Shown here one piece after another: positions 20,206-29,855 of a stretch of DNA of 64,000 nucleotides. The number at the start of each line of letters is the position of its first letter. The stretch's first letter is position 1. The position numbers and the translations under genes are program-made. The notes under the pieces were generated by a model, which ran no database searches, had not been told where the DNA came from, and saw only the letters and a program-made list of their open reading frames with translations. Source of the DNA: Candidatus Eiseniibacteriota bacterium (lineage in GTDB: Bacteria > Eisenbacteria > RBG-16-71-46); assembly GCA_038231135.1 (NCBI GenBank), contig JBBRLX010000002.1:160001-224000 (forward strand), in the 5' to 3' direction.

Positions 20206-22265
20206 CACCGTGAACTCCTGCCCGTTATGGAACCAGGTCCCGGTCGTGGACCTTGTATCTGTGACGTGGCTCCCGCCGGCGCGGACGGCGGCGGAACCCG
20301 GAAATGAATCGCGTTGGCGCCCGCGAAGTTGATGCAGCGGCCCGAACCCTGCGCCAGTTCGCAATCGGCGCAGTCGCACAGCTCGATCTCGGCGTATACG
20401 TCCTGCCCGGCGAAGTACGACGGCACCGACACCGTGATCGCCGGACTGCTCGAACGGAACGCCCCCGGCGGGGCGAACGTGGTGTCCCGGCCGTCGAGAT
20501 TCGTGCCGCGCAGCGTCACCGTCCAGCGGAGCACCGTAGTCACCGACGGACCGCCCGGATTCGGCCGGTTCCGCGGGTCGAGGTCGAATGGGTCGTCGTC
20601 CGACGCGAACAGGTTGAACTTGATGTTGTCCCGGCTGAAGAACGTGGTGTCGGGCCGTGGCACGAACCCGGGCTGATTGAAGTTGAGCCGCGGGGGCTTG
20701 TCGACGAAGAACGTGATCACATGCGTGCGCAGCGCCGGATCGGTGCCGAACAGCACGGTCTTCCGGGGATCGAGGATGCGCTTGTCGAGCGCGCCGTCGC
20801 CATCCACCGACTTGAGCGTGATGAACACCTGGGCCGCCTGCTGCGTGTTGATATAGGCGCCCATCACCGGATTGCGATCGACACGCGCCGCGTCGAATAC
20901 CGGCGCGAGACCCGACAGCGGCGGCGCGACCAGGCTGCTGAACGGGGTGACGAGGAAGCTGAACAGATACTGGAACCCGATCGGGGAGCCGTTCGGCGGC
21001 CCGGGCCGGACCACCCTGGCCGGGCCCGTGACGAACTGCGTGTCGGACAGCGCCGGCTCATTCGTCTTCACCGCCACGTTATACGGGGAATCCACGTCCA
21101 GACCACCGGCGTGGAAGATCACCCACGAGTTCAGGTTGACCGTGTCGCCCTCGGTATGGATGTAGATCTTGTCCTTGTAGATCTCGTAGAACGTGGGCTG
21201 ATAGGGGCGTTCGGCTGGCAGCTTCACGAGCGAGTCGGAACTGAGCATCGTGCCCCTGAGCTGCGGCGTGGCGCGCAGCGTGGCGCTCGACATGTCCGGC
21301 AGCGTCAGCGAGCGTTCGTGCGTGACGGGATTGGGGGGGCCGAACAGGTTCGGATCGGGGCCGGCGAACCAAGTGTCGGGGCTGTAGTTCATCTGGAACC
21401 GGCGGTTCGTCGACTGGGATCCGCCGGCCTGATCCAGCACCTTGAGCGTGAACACCTTGAGTCCGGGGGCCACGGCGCCGGCCAGATAGGACTTCGAGGT
21501 GGATTCCGCCGGGGCCTCGATGAAGTTCTGTTCGTCCAGCTTGTAGCGGTAGCCCGTCACGTAGGTGCCCGCAATCGTCGGTTCGCCGCGCCATTTGATG
21601 GTCAACCCGGAAACCGAAGGGACCGTGTCCTGGGGAGCCTTGGCCTGGTTGTCGAACGTCAGCGAGTCATGCACGAAGACCGTGGTGTCCTTGGAGACCA
21701 AGGTTCCGTTCCCCAGTTCGCGGTAGATCCTGCCGAGAGCCTTGAGCTCGAAGATGTAGGGATCCGGCGGGAAGCGATCGAGCGCATTGAAGATGAACCG
21801 GGCCGGCGTCGGATCCGGTTTGCCCTTGTCGTCCACGGCATAGATGAAGAACGCGTGCTGGCGATCGGCACGGAACTCGGACACGTCGAAGATGAACGTG
21901 GTGTCGGTTCGCGTCGTGAAATGGTAGTCGTGCGGCTTGGGACCAGGCAGGGCAGGCAGGAACAGACCCGGGGGCGGCACCGGGATGGTTTCCACGACCG
22001 CGTAGTAGAAACCCGCAACGGTCCCGTCGCGATCCGATCCCGCCCAGTACAGGTGGAAACGGACCGGGATGGTGCCGGCGCCTCCGGGAGGAGTCACCAC
22101 CGGAAACCCGTTGGAGTCCTTCTCGGTGATCGTGTCCTGCGGGGCCTGCGTGATCCAGGTTTCTGGCGCTACGTTGCGATCGACGTTGGGCGCTAGAGGT
22201 TTGCGACAACCGACGCCTATGAACAGGGTCAAAACAGACAAAGCAAGACCAACACGAAAGCGCAT
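20205..22265 (-). CDS. Lipoprotein with FN3/Ig-like modules, paralogous to the downstream gene
   Basis: Lipobox-like IGVGC; N.APET.IT.AP, WAGSDRDG, HAFFIYAVDDKG. Confidence 0.8.
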   Translation of the reverse strand: MRFRVGLALSVLTLFIGVGCRKPLAPNVDRNVAPETWITQAPQDTITEKDSNGFPVVTPPGGAGTIPVRFHLYWAGSDRDGTVAGFYYAVVETIPVPPPGLFLPALPGPKPHDYHFTTRTDTTFIFDVSEFRADRQHAFFIYAVDDKGKPDPTPARFIFNALDRFPPDPYIFELKALGRIYRELGNGTLVSKDTTVFVHDSLTFDNQAKAPQDTVPSVSGLTIKWRGEPTIAGTYVTGYRYKLDEQNFIEAPAESTSKSYLAGAVAPGLKVFTLKVLDQAGGSQSTNRRFQMNYSPDTWFAGPDPNLFGPPNPVTHERSLTLPDMSSATLRATPQLRGTMLSSDSLVKLPAERPYQPTFYEIYKDKIYIHTEGDTVNLNSWVIFHAGGLDVDSPYNVAVKTNEPALSDTQFVTGPARVVRPGPPNGSPIGFQYLFSFLVTPFSSLVAPPLSGLAPVFDAARVDRNPVMGAYINTQQAAQVFITLKSVDGDGALDKRILDPRKTVLFGTDPALRTHVITFFVDKPPRLNFNQPGFVPRPDTTFFSRDNIKFNLFASDDDPFDLDPRNRPNPGGPSVTTVLRWTVTLRGTNLDGRDTTFAPPGAFRSSSPAITVSVPSYFAGQDVYAEIELCDCADCELAQGSGRCINFAGANAIHFRVPPPSAPAGATSQIQGPRPGPGSITGRSSR

Positions 22266-22309
22266 TCACGCCCCCCAGAACGCCCGGTCATTTAGAAGGG
22301 AATGGGAGG

Positions 22310-22338
22310 ACGTTAACAAGGGGTGCTCGAAGCGTCAA
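22310..22338 (-). promoter_or_regulatory. Sigma70-type promoter for the lipoprotein operon
   Basis: TTGACG-17 nt-TAACGT, ~45 bp upstream of ATG 22265. Confidence 0.6.
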
Positions 22339-22462
22339 GTTACAAAACCACAGCGAATAGCGCGGCCCATCCGCGCCACGAGAACGCGCGCCACGAGGCC
22401 GGCACATCCGGGCCCGTGAATCGACCCCGACGCACGCCCCGCAGCCGCCTGGACGACCCTGC

Positions 22463-22504
22463 AAAGAAGAAACCGGGGGGCGGAGCTTTCGCCCCGCCCC
22501 CCGG
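22463..22504 (-). terminator. Rho-independent terminator
   Basis: CCGGGGGGCGGGGC-GAAA-GCTCCGCCCCCCGG followed by TTTCTTCTTT on the minus strand, just after stop 22528. Confidence 0.88.
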
Positions 22505-22527
22505 CGGTACTTCGAACTGCCGTGATG

Positions 22528-25500
22528 CTACTTGAGGACGACCAGCTTCGACTCACCCGTGAACTTGCTCACCGCGTGCTGCGAGCGAACGAAGTACACG
22601 CCGCGGGCGACCTGCCGGCCCACGTTGTCCGCACCGTCCCACGTGAGCTTGTGCTCGCCAGCCGTGAAGGCCCGGTCCGCCAGCGTACGCACGAGGCGTC
22701 CGCTCACGTCGAAGATCTGGATCTTCACACGGTCAGCCTTCGCGAGTCCGAAGTTGACCGAGGCCGATCCCGACCGCAGTGGGTTGTTGGCGAGGTTCAT
22801 GAAGTTGAACAGACGGCCATCACCGTTTCCGGGCGTGTCCGTCGTGATGATCGGGGCACCTGCGATGGGGCAGATGGCCGAGAACACGTGCGTGAACACG
22901 TTGAAGAAGTACGTGAGGCGTCCGCGATCCGAGATGTCGTCACGCGAATGCAGGTTGGTGATGTTCCAGCCGTCCACCAGCGAGATCCACGGGTTGTTGG
23001 CCGTGTGGTGATGCACGAGTCCCGAGATATAGGGCGCGTTCGCACCAACCGGCTCGTAGAACGTGGCGACGGCCGTCTCGCCGGCCAGACCAGGATCCTG
23101 GTCGAGGACGTCGAGAGTGAACGTGCACACGCTACGGACACCATAGATATCGGTGAGCGTCGGATCGACTTCCGCCGTGGGATCGATGTCCACAGCGAAG
23201 GCCGTGTTCTGAGACTCGGCGATGTAGTTGGGGTTGCGCAGCGCAACACCCAGGAAGCCCGTCAGGAAGTTCGTGCCCAGACCGCCATCGTCGGTAGCTT
23301 CGACGAAGCCATCGCCTTCCGCGAAGTAGCCGCGGTCGGGAGAGGCGGTGTTACCCGACAACAAGAAGTCCTGCTGGATCTTGTAGTCGTTCTGGCTCTT
23401 GTCCTTGAACGGGCCGAAGATGCTCGAGTTCAGATCGCCACTCAGCACCATGAGGACCTTGTAGTACGCGTTCAGCATTTCTTCCGAAGGACCCTGGCGC
23501 GACGACTTGCCGTTGATCTGGATGTTCGAGCCGTCTGCAAACGACAGGCCCGACACGCCACCACGGCTGCCGAGGCTTCCAGAGCCGGAGTTGAGCGATT
23601 CAGCCGCCTTCACTCCGTACATGTCCCACGTCGTTCCGGGCGAGCCGATGTGCTTGCGCACGAAGCCAGCCGGATCGTTGATGTCGCCGTCGCCGGCAGC
23701 ATGCCAGCCGTTGTGGGCGCCGTACTTCTCGGACTGGGTCGCGCCGATCGAGTCGGCCACACCCACCCACACGCGCTCGTCGCCGCGGCGATCGTTCTGG
23801 TCGACGTACAGCATGCACGCGGCTCCACGTCCCGGCGTACCGAGAACGGGGTGCGTGTAGTTGCTCGCCTTCCAGCGGTCGGGAAGAACACTGAACTCCT
23901 GCCACCGATGACCGTCGAGCGAGGGTCCTTCCGAGTTCTGCGGAGAGACCACGTTCGTGTCAGGCACCGTCGCGATATGGACCACGTCCGTCCCGTCCTG
24001 GCGGCGGAAGAAGTATTCGACGTGCGATCCGGGCGTCAGCAGACCGTCCGGAATGATCTTGGTGCCTTCCTTCGTGGACGTGACGCCATTGAAGCCGGCG
24101 GCAGCAGTCGCCCACGTCGGCGGGTACACGGTTCCAGCCGGCGTCGGGCCGGAGCCGCAGATGACCGCGGACGTCGGGACCGCGAGGGCGGTATCTGCGA
24201 CGAAGCAGATATTCCTCGGGATGCCCAGCGCGCCGCGATTCGCATCGGCAAGCTCGGTCTCGTGATACGCCGTCATGAAGACTCCGTTGTTGCCCGGCTG
24301 GACGATGCCACGCTTGTTGAGCTCGAAGACGTTGACCTGAGCCGTGTCCATGCGTGCACTGTTCCACACCTGCGGACTCCAGATCTTCTGGCCAGCCAGC
24401 GGACCCGAAACAGCCGTCGGGTGACCACCCGGGCTGCCGTGGATGCCGTTGTTGAACATGTAGTTCGACCAGAAGTTCGCAACACCCGAAGCCGGAGTCG
24501 GGATGGGCGCGACGTTCTTGCTCACAGCACGCAGCTGCGAGTTCACGCCGAGCGCCGCATTCACGTAGTTGCCCGGTCCCGGAAGGATGCGGAACACGAG
24601 GTCCACGCGCACGCTGTCGCCTTCGGCATTCACCGCAGTGGTGTCGCCGGGGACGTCGAAGCGGCTCGTGTTGCCCGTGGTCGGAGCGTTGTTGAGGCCG
24701 TTCTTGATCAGTGCAGTGGTCGTATCGAACGCCGCCGCGACTCCCGAGATTCCAGGCGAATCATTGTTCGGGAACGTGTCGTGGTAGAGGTGCCAGATAT
24801 CGACACTGATCGGGTCCGCACCCGCGCCATCGACGATGCTCAGGGAGATGTTGTCCCAGTACGCGCCATCGAGGAACTCGGACTGCGGAATGCCGAACCG
24901 GTAGGCTTCCTGGCGGGTGCCGAGGAAGATCCTCACGGAGTCAGGTACGCCGCTGACGTTCGTCGTCCGCAGCATGCCGTTACCCTTGACCGGCTCGATG
25001 TCCCGGAAGCACTGCTTGTCCGGATTGAACAGAATGAAGGGCCAGAAGCGGGTACCGCCCCAGCGCTTGTGCTCGCCGACACCCGACGCTCCGATGGCCG
25101 CAGGATACACCTGGAAACCACCGCGCCAGGCGTTGCCCTGGTTGAAGAAGTCGAAGATACCGGTATAGAGCTCGTAGTCGAGGTAGTAGTCGTCCGTCGC
25201 ATCCGCTTCGCCCGTGCTCAGGCCCATGTTGTTCTTGCCTGATCCCGGCGTCGAGAAATTGATGGTCGGCGAATAGATGCCCTGGAAGGGCTCCTGCTCC
25301 GCCGTTCCGAACGTACCGCCTGACCGCTCGTTGTGATCGTGGTCACCAGCGGAGACGACCTGGCCCTGCATATCGCAGATACGCGCCGGGTTGCCGACCT
25401 GACCGCAGAGATCCTGATACAACAGACCCGCGCTCGGGCTGAGCTGGTGGACGTGATGGAACGCCTGCGGCGGCTTGCCCGTGGACTTCCACGCGGTCAA

Positions 25501-26910
25501 TGCCGATACGCCGGCGTTGTTGTTGATGTCCGACGCCGATTCGAACGCGCCGATGACCGCGGGCGCACCAACACCCTTGGTAACCGTGACGTTGTCGATG
25601 ATCGCGGCGCCGACGCCACCGGACGAGAAGCCGTTCAGGTTCGCGAGCGCGTCGTTGAACGAACGCTCGGTGTGAACCCGGAACACGAGGCGGACCTTGT
25701 TCGCGCCGGCGGCCCGGATCGGACCCAGCACGGAACCAGGAATCACCAGGTTGCCCGACGGCGACGAGGCGATGGTGCCGCCCTTGCCGAAGATCCACTT
25801 GTAGAGGCCTTCGTTCGACCGTACGACTTCACCGAACCAGCGGCGCAGCGGGTCGTAGATCGTGTGCGTGAGGCCGTCCGACAGCTTGACGGAACCTTCC
25901 GCCGGCGCGCCCACGTACACTTCGAGCGAGTCCGTCGGCGGCGCTGCCACCGTGGAGGCGTTCTGGATGTAGTTGGGGTTGGCGCCGCCCGTGATGACGG
26001 TGAGCGGATCGTGCACGAACCAGCCCTGACGGGTGATGTCGTTCGTGCCGAAGCTCGTCGACAGCGCTGTGCGGTACTGGAATGAAACCGTCAGCGAAGT
26101 GTCGCCAGCTCCCGACATATCGATGTCGCGATACAGCAACTGGTCCATCTGACCGGTGAAGCCGGGGTACTTCTTGTCCGTTCCACCGGCGCCAGTCGAG
26201 TTGAACTGGTCGAACGCGACCACGTCTTCGTTGAACGGGTTGAGCGTGATCGGATCCACCTGCGAGGTGTCGCCGTGACGACGGAGACCCATCCACGCCG
26301 AGGAGCTGCCCGCGAGCGGCGCCCACTTCACGCCACCATCGGTTTCACCGGTCCAGTTTGTGCTGGCCGGAGGCACCACTGTGTTGCCACCGTCGACGTG
26401 CCACACGCCCGTGACGCCAAACGTGCGCTTGTTGGCGCCGAAGACGTAGTTGGCGATGTTGCCGAATTCGAGGGCGCGCCAGGGGCGCAGGTGATCGGGA
26501 ATCGTGAGACCGCCCGTACCGGACATCTGGTTACGGACGGACCACCAACCCTGCAGAGAGTCACCGTGCGGATAACCGGAACCGCCGGCTTCGAAGTCCC
26601 ACATCGCACCCTGCGCGGGCGGACGATGGTAGGGACCGGTCGGAACGGAGAACTTGTCGCTGCCGGACCAGATGGACCAATAGTTGTCTCCCGAATGCCC
26701 CGGGGTATAACCGACGTACGTCGTGTCCACCGTGGTGGCCGACGAGCCGAGCCTCGAGGCGCGTGACTGGAGATCCTTGGCCATGGCGGCGTTCATGAGC
26801 TTGGGGCTCACGTTCATCTCGCCATCGCTATCCAGGGCCGCAAGCGCCAAATTCGCCACGAACGCGGTTGCTCCTGCTGCAAGCAACAGCGCAACGAGCG
26901 ATTTCTTCAT
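22528..26910 (-). CDS. Large (1460 aa) secreted protein with C-terminal FlgD-Ig/T9SS-type sorting domain
   Basis: GGAGGT RBS before ATG 26910, signal peptide MKKSLVALLL...ALA, C-terminal NP...IFDVSGRLVRTL...WDG.D..G..VARGVYF...KLVVLK. Confidence 0.9.
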   Translation of the reverse strand: MKKSLVALLLAAGATAFVANLALAALDSDGEMNVSPKLMNAAMAKDLQSRASRLGSSATTVDTTYVGYTPGHSGDNYWSIWSGSDKFSVPTGPYHRPPAQGAMWDFEAGGSGYPHGDSLQGWWSVRNQMSGTGGLTIPDHLRPWRALEFGNIANYVFGANKRTFGVTGVWHVDGGNTVVPPASTNWTGETDGGVKWAPLAGSSSAWMGLRRHGDTSQVDPITLNPFNEDVVAFDQFNSTGAGGTDKKYPGFTGQMDQLLYRDIDMSGAGDTSLTVSFQYRTALSTSFGTNDITRQGWFVHDPLTVITGGANPNYIQNASTVAAPPTDSLEVYVGAPAEGSVKLSDGLTHTIYDPLRRWFGEVVRSNEGLYKWIFGKGGTIASSPSGNLVIPGSVLGPIRAAGANKVRLVFRVHTERSFNDALANLNGFSSGGVGAAIIDNVTVTKGVGAPAVIGAFESASDINNNAGVSALTAWKSTGKPPQAFHHVHQLSPSAGLLYQDLCGQVGNPARICDMQGQVVSAGDHDHNERSGGTFGTAEQEPFQGIYSPTINFSTPGSGKNNMGLSTGEADATDDYYLDYELYTGIFDFFNQGNAWRGGFQVYPAAIGASGVGEHKRWGGTRFWPFILFNPDKQCFRDIEPVKGNGMLRTTNVSGVPDSVRIFLGTRQEAYRFGIPQSEFLDGAYWDNISLSIVDGAGADPISVDIWHLYHDTFPNNDSPGISGVAAAFDTTTALIKNGLNNAPTTGNTSRFDVPGDTTAVNAEGDSVRVDLVFRILPGPGNYVNAALGVNSQLRAVSKNVAPIPTPASGVANFWSNYMFNNGIHGSPGGHPTAVSGPLAGQKIWSPQVWNSARMDTAQVNVFELNKRGIVQPGNNGVFMTAYHETELADANRGALGIPRNICFVADTALAVPTSAVICGSGPTPAGTVYPPTWATAAAGFNGVTSTKEGTKIIPDGLLTPGSHVEYFFRRQDGTDVVHIATVPDTNVVSPQNSEGPSLDGHRWQEFSVLPDRWKASNYTHPVLGTPGRGAACMLYVDQNDRRGDERVWVGVADSIGATQSEKYGAHNGWHAAGDGDINDPAGFVRKHIGSPGTTWDMYGVKAAESLNSGSGSLGSRGGVSGLSFADGSNIQINGKSSRQGPSEEMLNAYYKVLMVLSGDLNSSIFGPFKDKSQNDYKIQQDFLLSGNTASPDRGYFAEGDGFVEATDDGGLGTNFLTGFLGVALRNPNYIAESQNTAFAVDIDPTAEVDPTLTDIYGVRSVCTFTLDVLDQDPGLAGETAVATFYEPVGANAPYISGLVHHHTANNPWISLVDGWNITNLHSRDDISDRGRLTYFFNVFTHVFSAICPIAGAPIITTDTPGNGDGRLFNFMNLANNPLRSGSASVNFGLAKADRVKIQIFDVSGRLVRTLADRAFTAGEHKLTWDGADNVGRQVARGVYFVRSQHAVSKFTGESKLVVLK

Positions 26911-27255
26911 TTGATTACCTCCATCGTCGCAATGCATGGGCAATGCGAAGTGTTCCAAGAACGGGATTTCGAGCGAGGTATCGCAGAACAACAATTGCGC
27001 CGAAGGCCTCCTCAAAAAATGGCGGAGACACCGACGGCATCAGCTGCGCTCGGTGAGTGCGATTCCCCCTTTCTGCAGTCGGGCCACACACTTTAGGCAG
27101 TTCAAGTGCACTGGCCGACACTCGAGTATGAGTACTGTCTTCGTTTCGATTGAACGTAGAGGACGACCGCTGCCAGTCGCCGAGGGCTACGACAACCGCG
27201 GAACCTGAAGCGCTCCTAGGGGTTTTAAGAGGAGCGCCGCTACCCAGCAACGCAA

Positions 27256-27285
27256 AGGCTAGGCGCTGCTACAGGCTTCTGTCAA
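27256..27285 (-). promoter_or_regulatory. Sigma70-type promoter of the 1460-aa gene
   Basis: TTGACA-18 nt-TAGCCT preceded by an A-tract (AAAAAAACGGA). Confidence 0.65.
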
Positions 27286-28668
27286 TCCGTTTTTTTGCTG
27301 ATACTTGGCGTTTTTCGCCGAACCCGTCGCCCCGGGCGTAACCGCGAGCCCCAGACAAACTTCGATCGCCTGAACCTCACGACTAAAGGCCCGGTCCTGG
27401 GTCGCGATCACCACCGGAATCCGCTTCGCGAGCTCCAGAACGAGGGTCGCGAGCAGCCGGCGGCGCCCGGGATCGAGGCCGCAGGTCGGTTCGTCCAGCA
27501 GCAGAATGGGCGCGGGGGCGATCGAGGCCCCCACGATGGCGATGATCCGCTTCTCCCCGGCCGACAGGCTCCACGTCCGGCGCTCCCACATCACCGCGGG
27601 CATGCCGAACCGGCCGAGCAGCGAGATCGCTTCGGCCCGGGCCGCCTCGGGATCCCGCCCGCGGCGGGTGGCGGCGAACATCAGCTCCGGCCCGACCAGC
27701 TCCTCGAAGATTTGCCGCTCGGGGTACTGGCCGACGAGCAGCGGCCCCGGCAGCGCCGGCTGCCGCCACTCGGTCGTGACCCCCGGCAGCGTGTCCACCC
27801 CGGCGATGGCCTCGAGCAGGGAGCTCTTGCCGCTGCCGTTGGGTCCCAGGATCGCCCAGGTGCCGCGCCCGCCGACGTCGAACGCGATCGGCCCGGCGAC
27901 CCGGACACGCATGGGAGAGCCCGATGTCGGGACGACCTGCACACGCAGCCGGACCGCACCCGCACCTTCCGCCCGGGCCGGTATCACGGCGGCGAGGCCA
28001 GCCGGGACGGCGCCCGACCCGGCGGGCACGAGGCCGTCCGGCGTCATGCTCCACACCGAGTCCGCGCGCTCGAGCTCGACCGGCTCCTGGGTGATCCACA
28101 GCACCGCGAGGCCCGCCCGGACCTGTTCGCGGACGAGGTCGAGCGCCAGCGCTCGCGCGGCGTCGTCCAGGTGCGCCGCCGCCTCGTCGAGGAGCAGCAC
28201 CTGGGGTTCGCTCGCGAGCGCGGCCGCGAGCAGCACGCGCTGCTGCTGACCCGCCGATAGTGTCTGCGGCGGTTGATCGAGCAACTCGAGGAGTTCGAAG
28301 CGCTCCGCCCACCGCACGGCCAGCTCCGCCGCCTGCGCCGGCGGACTCCCCAGATTGAGCGCGGTGAATGCGATCTCCTCGCGCACCGAGCGCTGCGTGA
28401 GCTGGGTGGCGGGCTCCTGGAGCACGGTCGCGACGCGGACCCGCTCCCCGGTGGCCTCGGCCGTGCCCCAGTCGAGCGTGCCCGCCTTGAGCGTCCACAG
28501 TCCCGCCAGCGTGAGGGCCAGCGTCGTCTTGCCCGCGCCGTTGGGCCCGGTGACGCCGATCCAGCTGCCGGGCAGGAGCTCGAGCGTCACATTCCGGATG
28601 GCCGGCTCGGCGACACCGGGCGGCGCGCCCGCCACGTCGCGCGCCGTCAGAACGGGGGCGCTTGTCAT
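27259..28668 (-). CDS. ECF-type ABC ATPase with two fused nucleotide-binding domains
   Basis: Two Walker A (GPNGAGKT, GPNGSGKS), Q.P..Q loops, LSAGQ/LSAGE signatures, LLLDE Walker B; no TM segments. Confidence 0.85.
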   Translation of the reverse strand: MTSAPVLTARDVAGAPPGVAEPAIRNVTLELLPGSWIGVTGPNGAGKTTLALTLAGLWTLKAGTLDWGTAEATGERVRVATVLQEPATQLTQRSVREEIAFTALNLGSPPAQAAELAVRWAERFELLELLDQPPQTLSAGQQQRVLLAAALASEPQVLLLDEAAAHLDDAARALALDLVREQVRAGLAVLWITQEPVELERADSVWSMTPDGLVPAGSGAVPAGLAAVIPARAEGAGAVRLRVQVVPTSGSPMRVRVAGPIAFDVGGRGTWAILGPNGSGKSSLLEAIAGVDTLPGVTTEWRQPALPGPLLVGQYPERQIFEELVGPELMFAATRRGRDPEAARAEAISLLGRFGMPAVMWERRTWSLSAGEKRIIAIVGASIAPAPILLLDEPTCGLDPGRRRLLATLVLELAKRIPVVIATQDRAFSREVQAIEVCLGLAVTPGATGSAKNAKYQQKNGLTEACSSA

Positions 28669-28670
28669 GA

Positions 28671-29843
28671 CTAAGGCCGGCCGCCACGCCATGCGGCGAC
28701 CGCGGCCTCGGCCACCTCACGATACGGCGCCCCCGCGCGCTCGGCGGCGGCGCGCACCGATTCGAACTCGGGCATCGGCCGCTCGCCGTCCGGCGTGCGG
28801 GCGATCTTGAGCGCCACCCGGCCGAACGCGGTGTCGACCTCGGCCGCGCGACGCTCGAGTTCGACGCGCTGCTCGGTGCGCACCCGCACGCCCAGCGTCG
28901 AGGTCTCGGTGAGCACCAGCCGGACGAGCGCGTCCGCCGCCGGCGGGTCGGCGATCACGACCAGCAGCGTCCCCAGCCGGCCCTTCTTCATCACCACGGG
29001 CACCGTCATCGCGTCGAGCGCCCCCGCGGCCAGCAGCCGCGGCACCAGCGCCGCCAGCACTTGCGGGTTCTCGTCGTCGAGCGAGGTCTCGAGCACCGCC
29101 ACTGTGCGCCGCTCGAGCGGTACCGGGTCCAGGTCGCCGAGCATCACCCGCAGCACGTTCGCCTGCTCCTTCAGGTCCCGCCCGCCCGCCCCGGTGCCGA
29201 CCCGGTCGAGCCGGAATGGCGGCGGCGTGCCCCAGTCCTCGACGAGCGTGGCGAGCAGTGCCGCGCCCGTCGGGGTGACGAGCTCGAAGTCGACGGCCGG
29301 GATCTCCACAGGGATGCCGCGCAGCAGCAGCGTGGTCGCGGGAGCCGGCACCGGGATGCGGCCGTGCTCGGACATGACGCTGCCGCGCCCGAGCCGGAGC
29401 GGCGAGGAGTACACGCGCTCGACGCCGAGCGCCTCGAGCCCCTCGAGCGTTCCGATCACATCCACCAGAGCATCGGCCGCGCCAACCTCGTGGAAATGAA
29501 CGCGCTCGATCGTTTCACCGTGGACCTCCGCCTCGGCCGCGGCCAGCCGTGCGAACACCTGGTGCGCGCGGCTGCGGACGGGTTCGTCGATCGCCGCGCC
29601 GTCGATCATCGCCACGATGTGCTTGAGGTGGCGATGGGGCTGCGTTCCAGACACCGCCACTTCGACCCGCGTCGCCGCGAACGGTCCGCGGCGGGCGGTC
29701 CCGACCGTGATGCCGACGCCGTCGAGCTTGAGCCTGAGGGGCAGCTCGACGAGCCGCTCGGCCGGCCAGCCGGCCGACACCAGCGCTCCCAGGCACATGT
29801 CGCCGCTCACGCCCGAGAAGCAGTCGAAGTACGCGATCCGCAT
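28671..29843 (-). CDS. larC: Nickel pincer nucleotide cofactor biosynthesis protein LarC
   Basis: YFDCFSGVSGDM.LGAL, AEAEVHG...VHFHEVGA.D, HG..PVPAPAT, ELVTPTGAA, MKKGR.G, ETSTLGVR, PEFE. Confidence 0.95.
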   Translation of the reverse strand: MRIAYFDCFSGVSGDMCLGALVSAGWPAERLVELPLRLKLDGVGITVGTARRGPFAATRVEVAVSGTQPHRHLKHIVAMIDGAAIDEPVRSRAHQVFARLAAAEAEVHGETIERVHFHEVGAADALVDVIGTLEGLEALGVERVYSSPLRLGRGSVMSEHGRIPVPAPATTLLLRGIPVEIPAVDFELVTPTGAALLATLVEDWGTPPPFRLDRVGTGAGGRDLKEQANVLRVMLGDLDPVPLERRTVAVLETSLDDENPQVLAALVPRLLAAGALDAMTVPVVMKKGRLGTLLVVIADPPAADALVRLVLTETSTLGVRVRTEQRVELERRAAEVDTAFGRVALKIARTPDGERPMPEFESVRAAAERAGAPYREVAEAAVAAWRGGRP

Positions 29844-29855
29844 GGAGGCTCCGCT

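Noticed and set aside
27160..27240. c-di-GMP-I (GEMM) riboswitch, suggested by GGCAGCGG at a stem end
   Set aside because: No GGCAAAC / GAAA tetraloop / GACGCAAAG P1 elements in the right order
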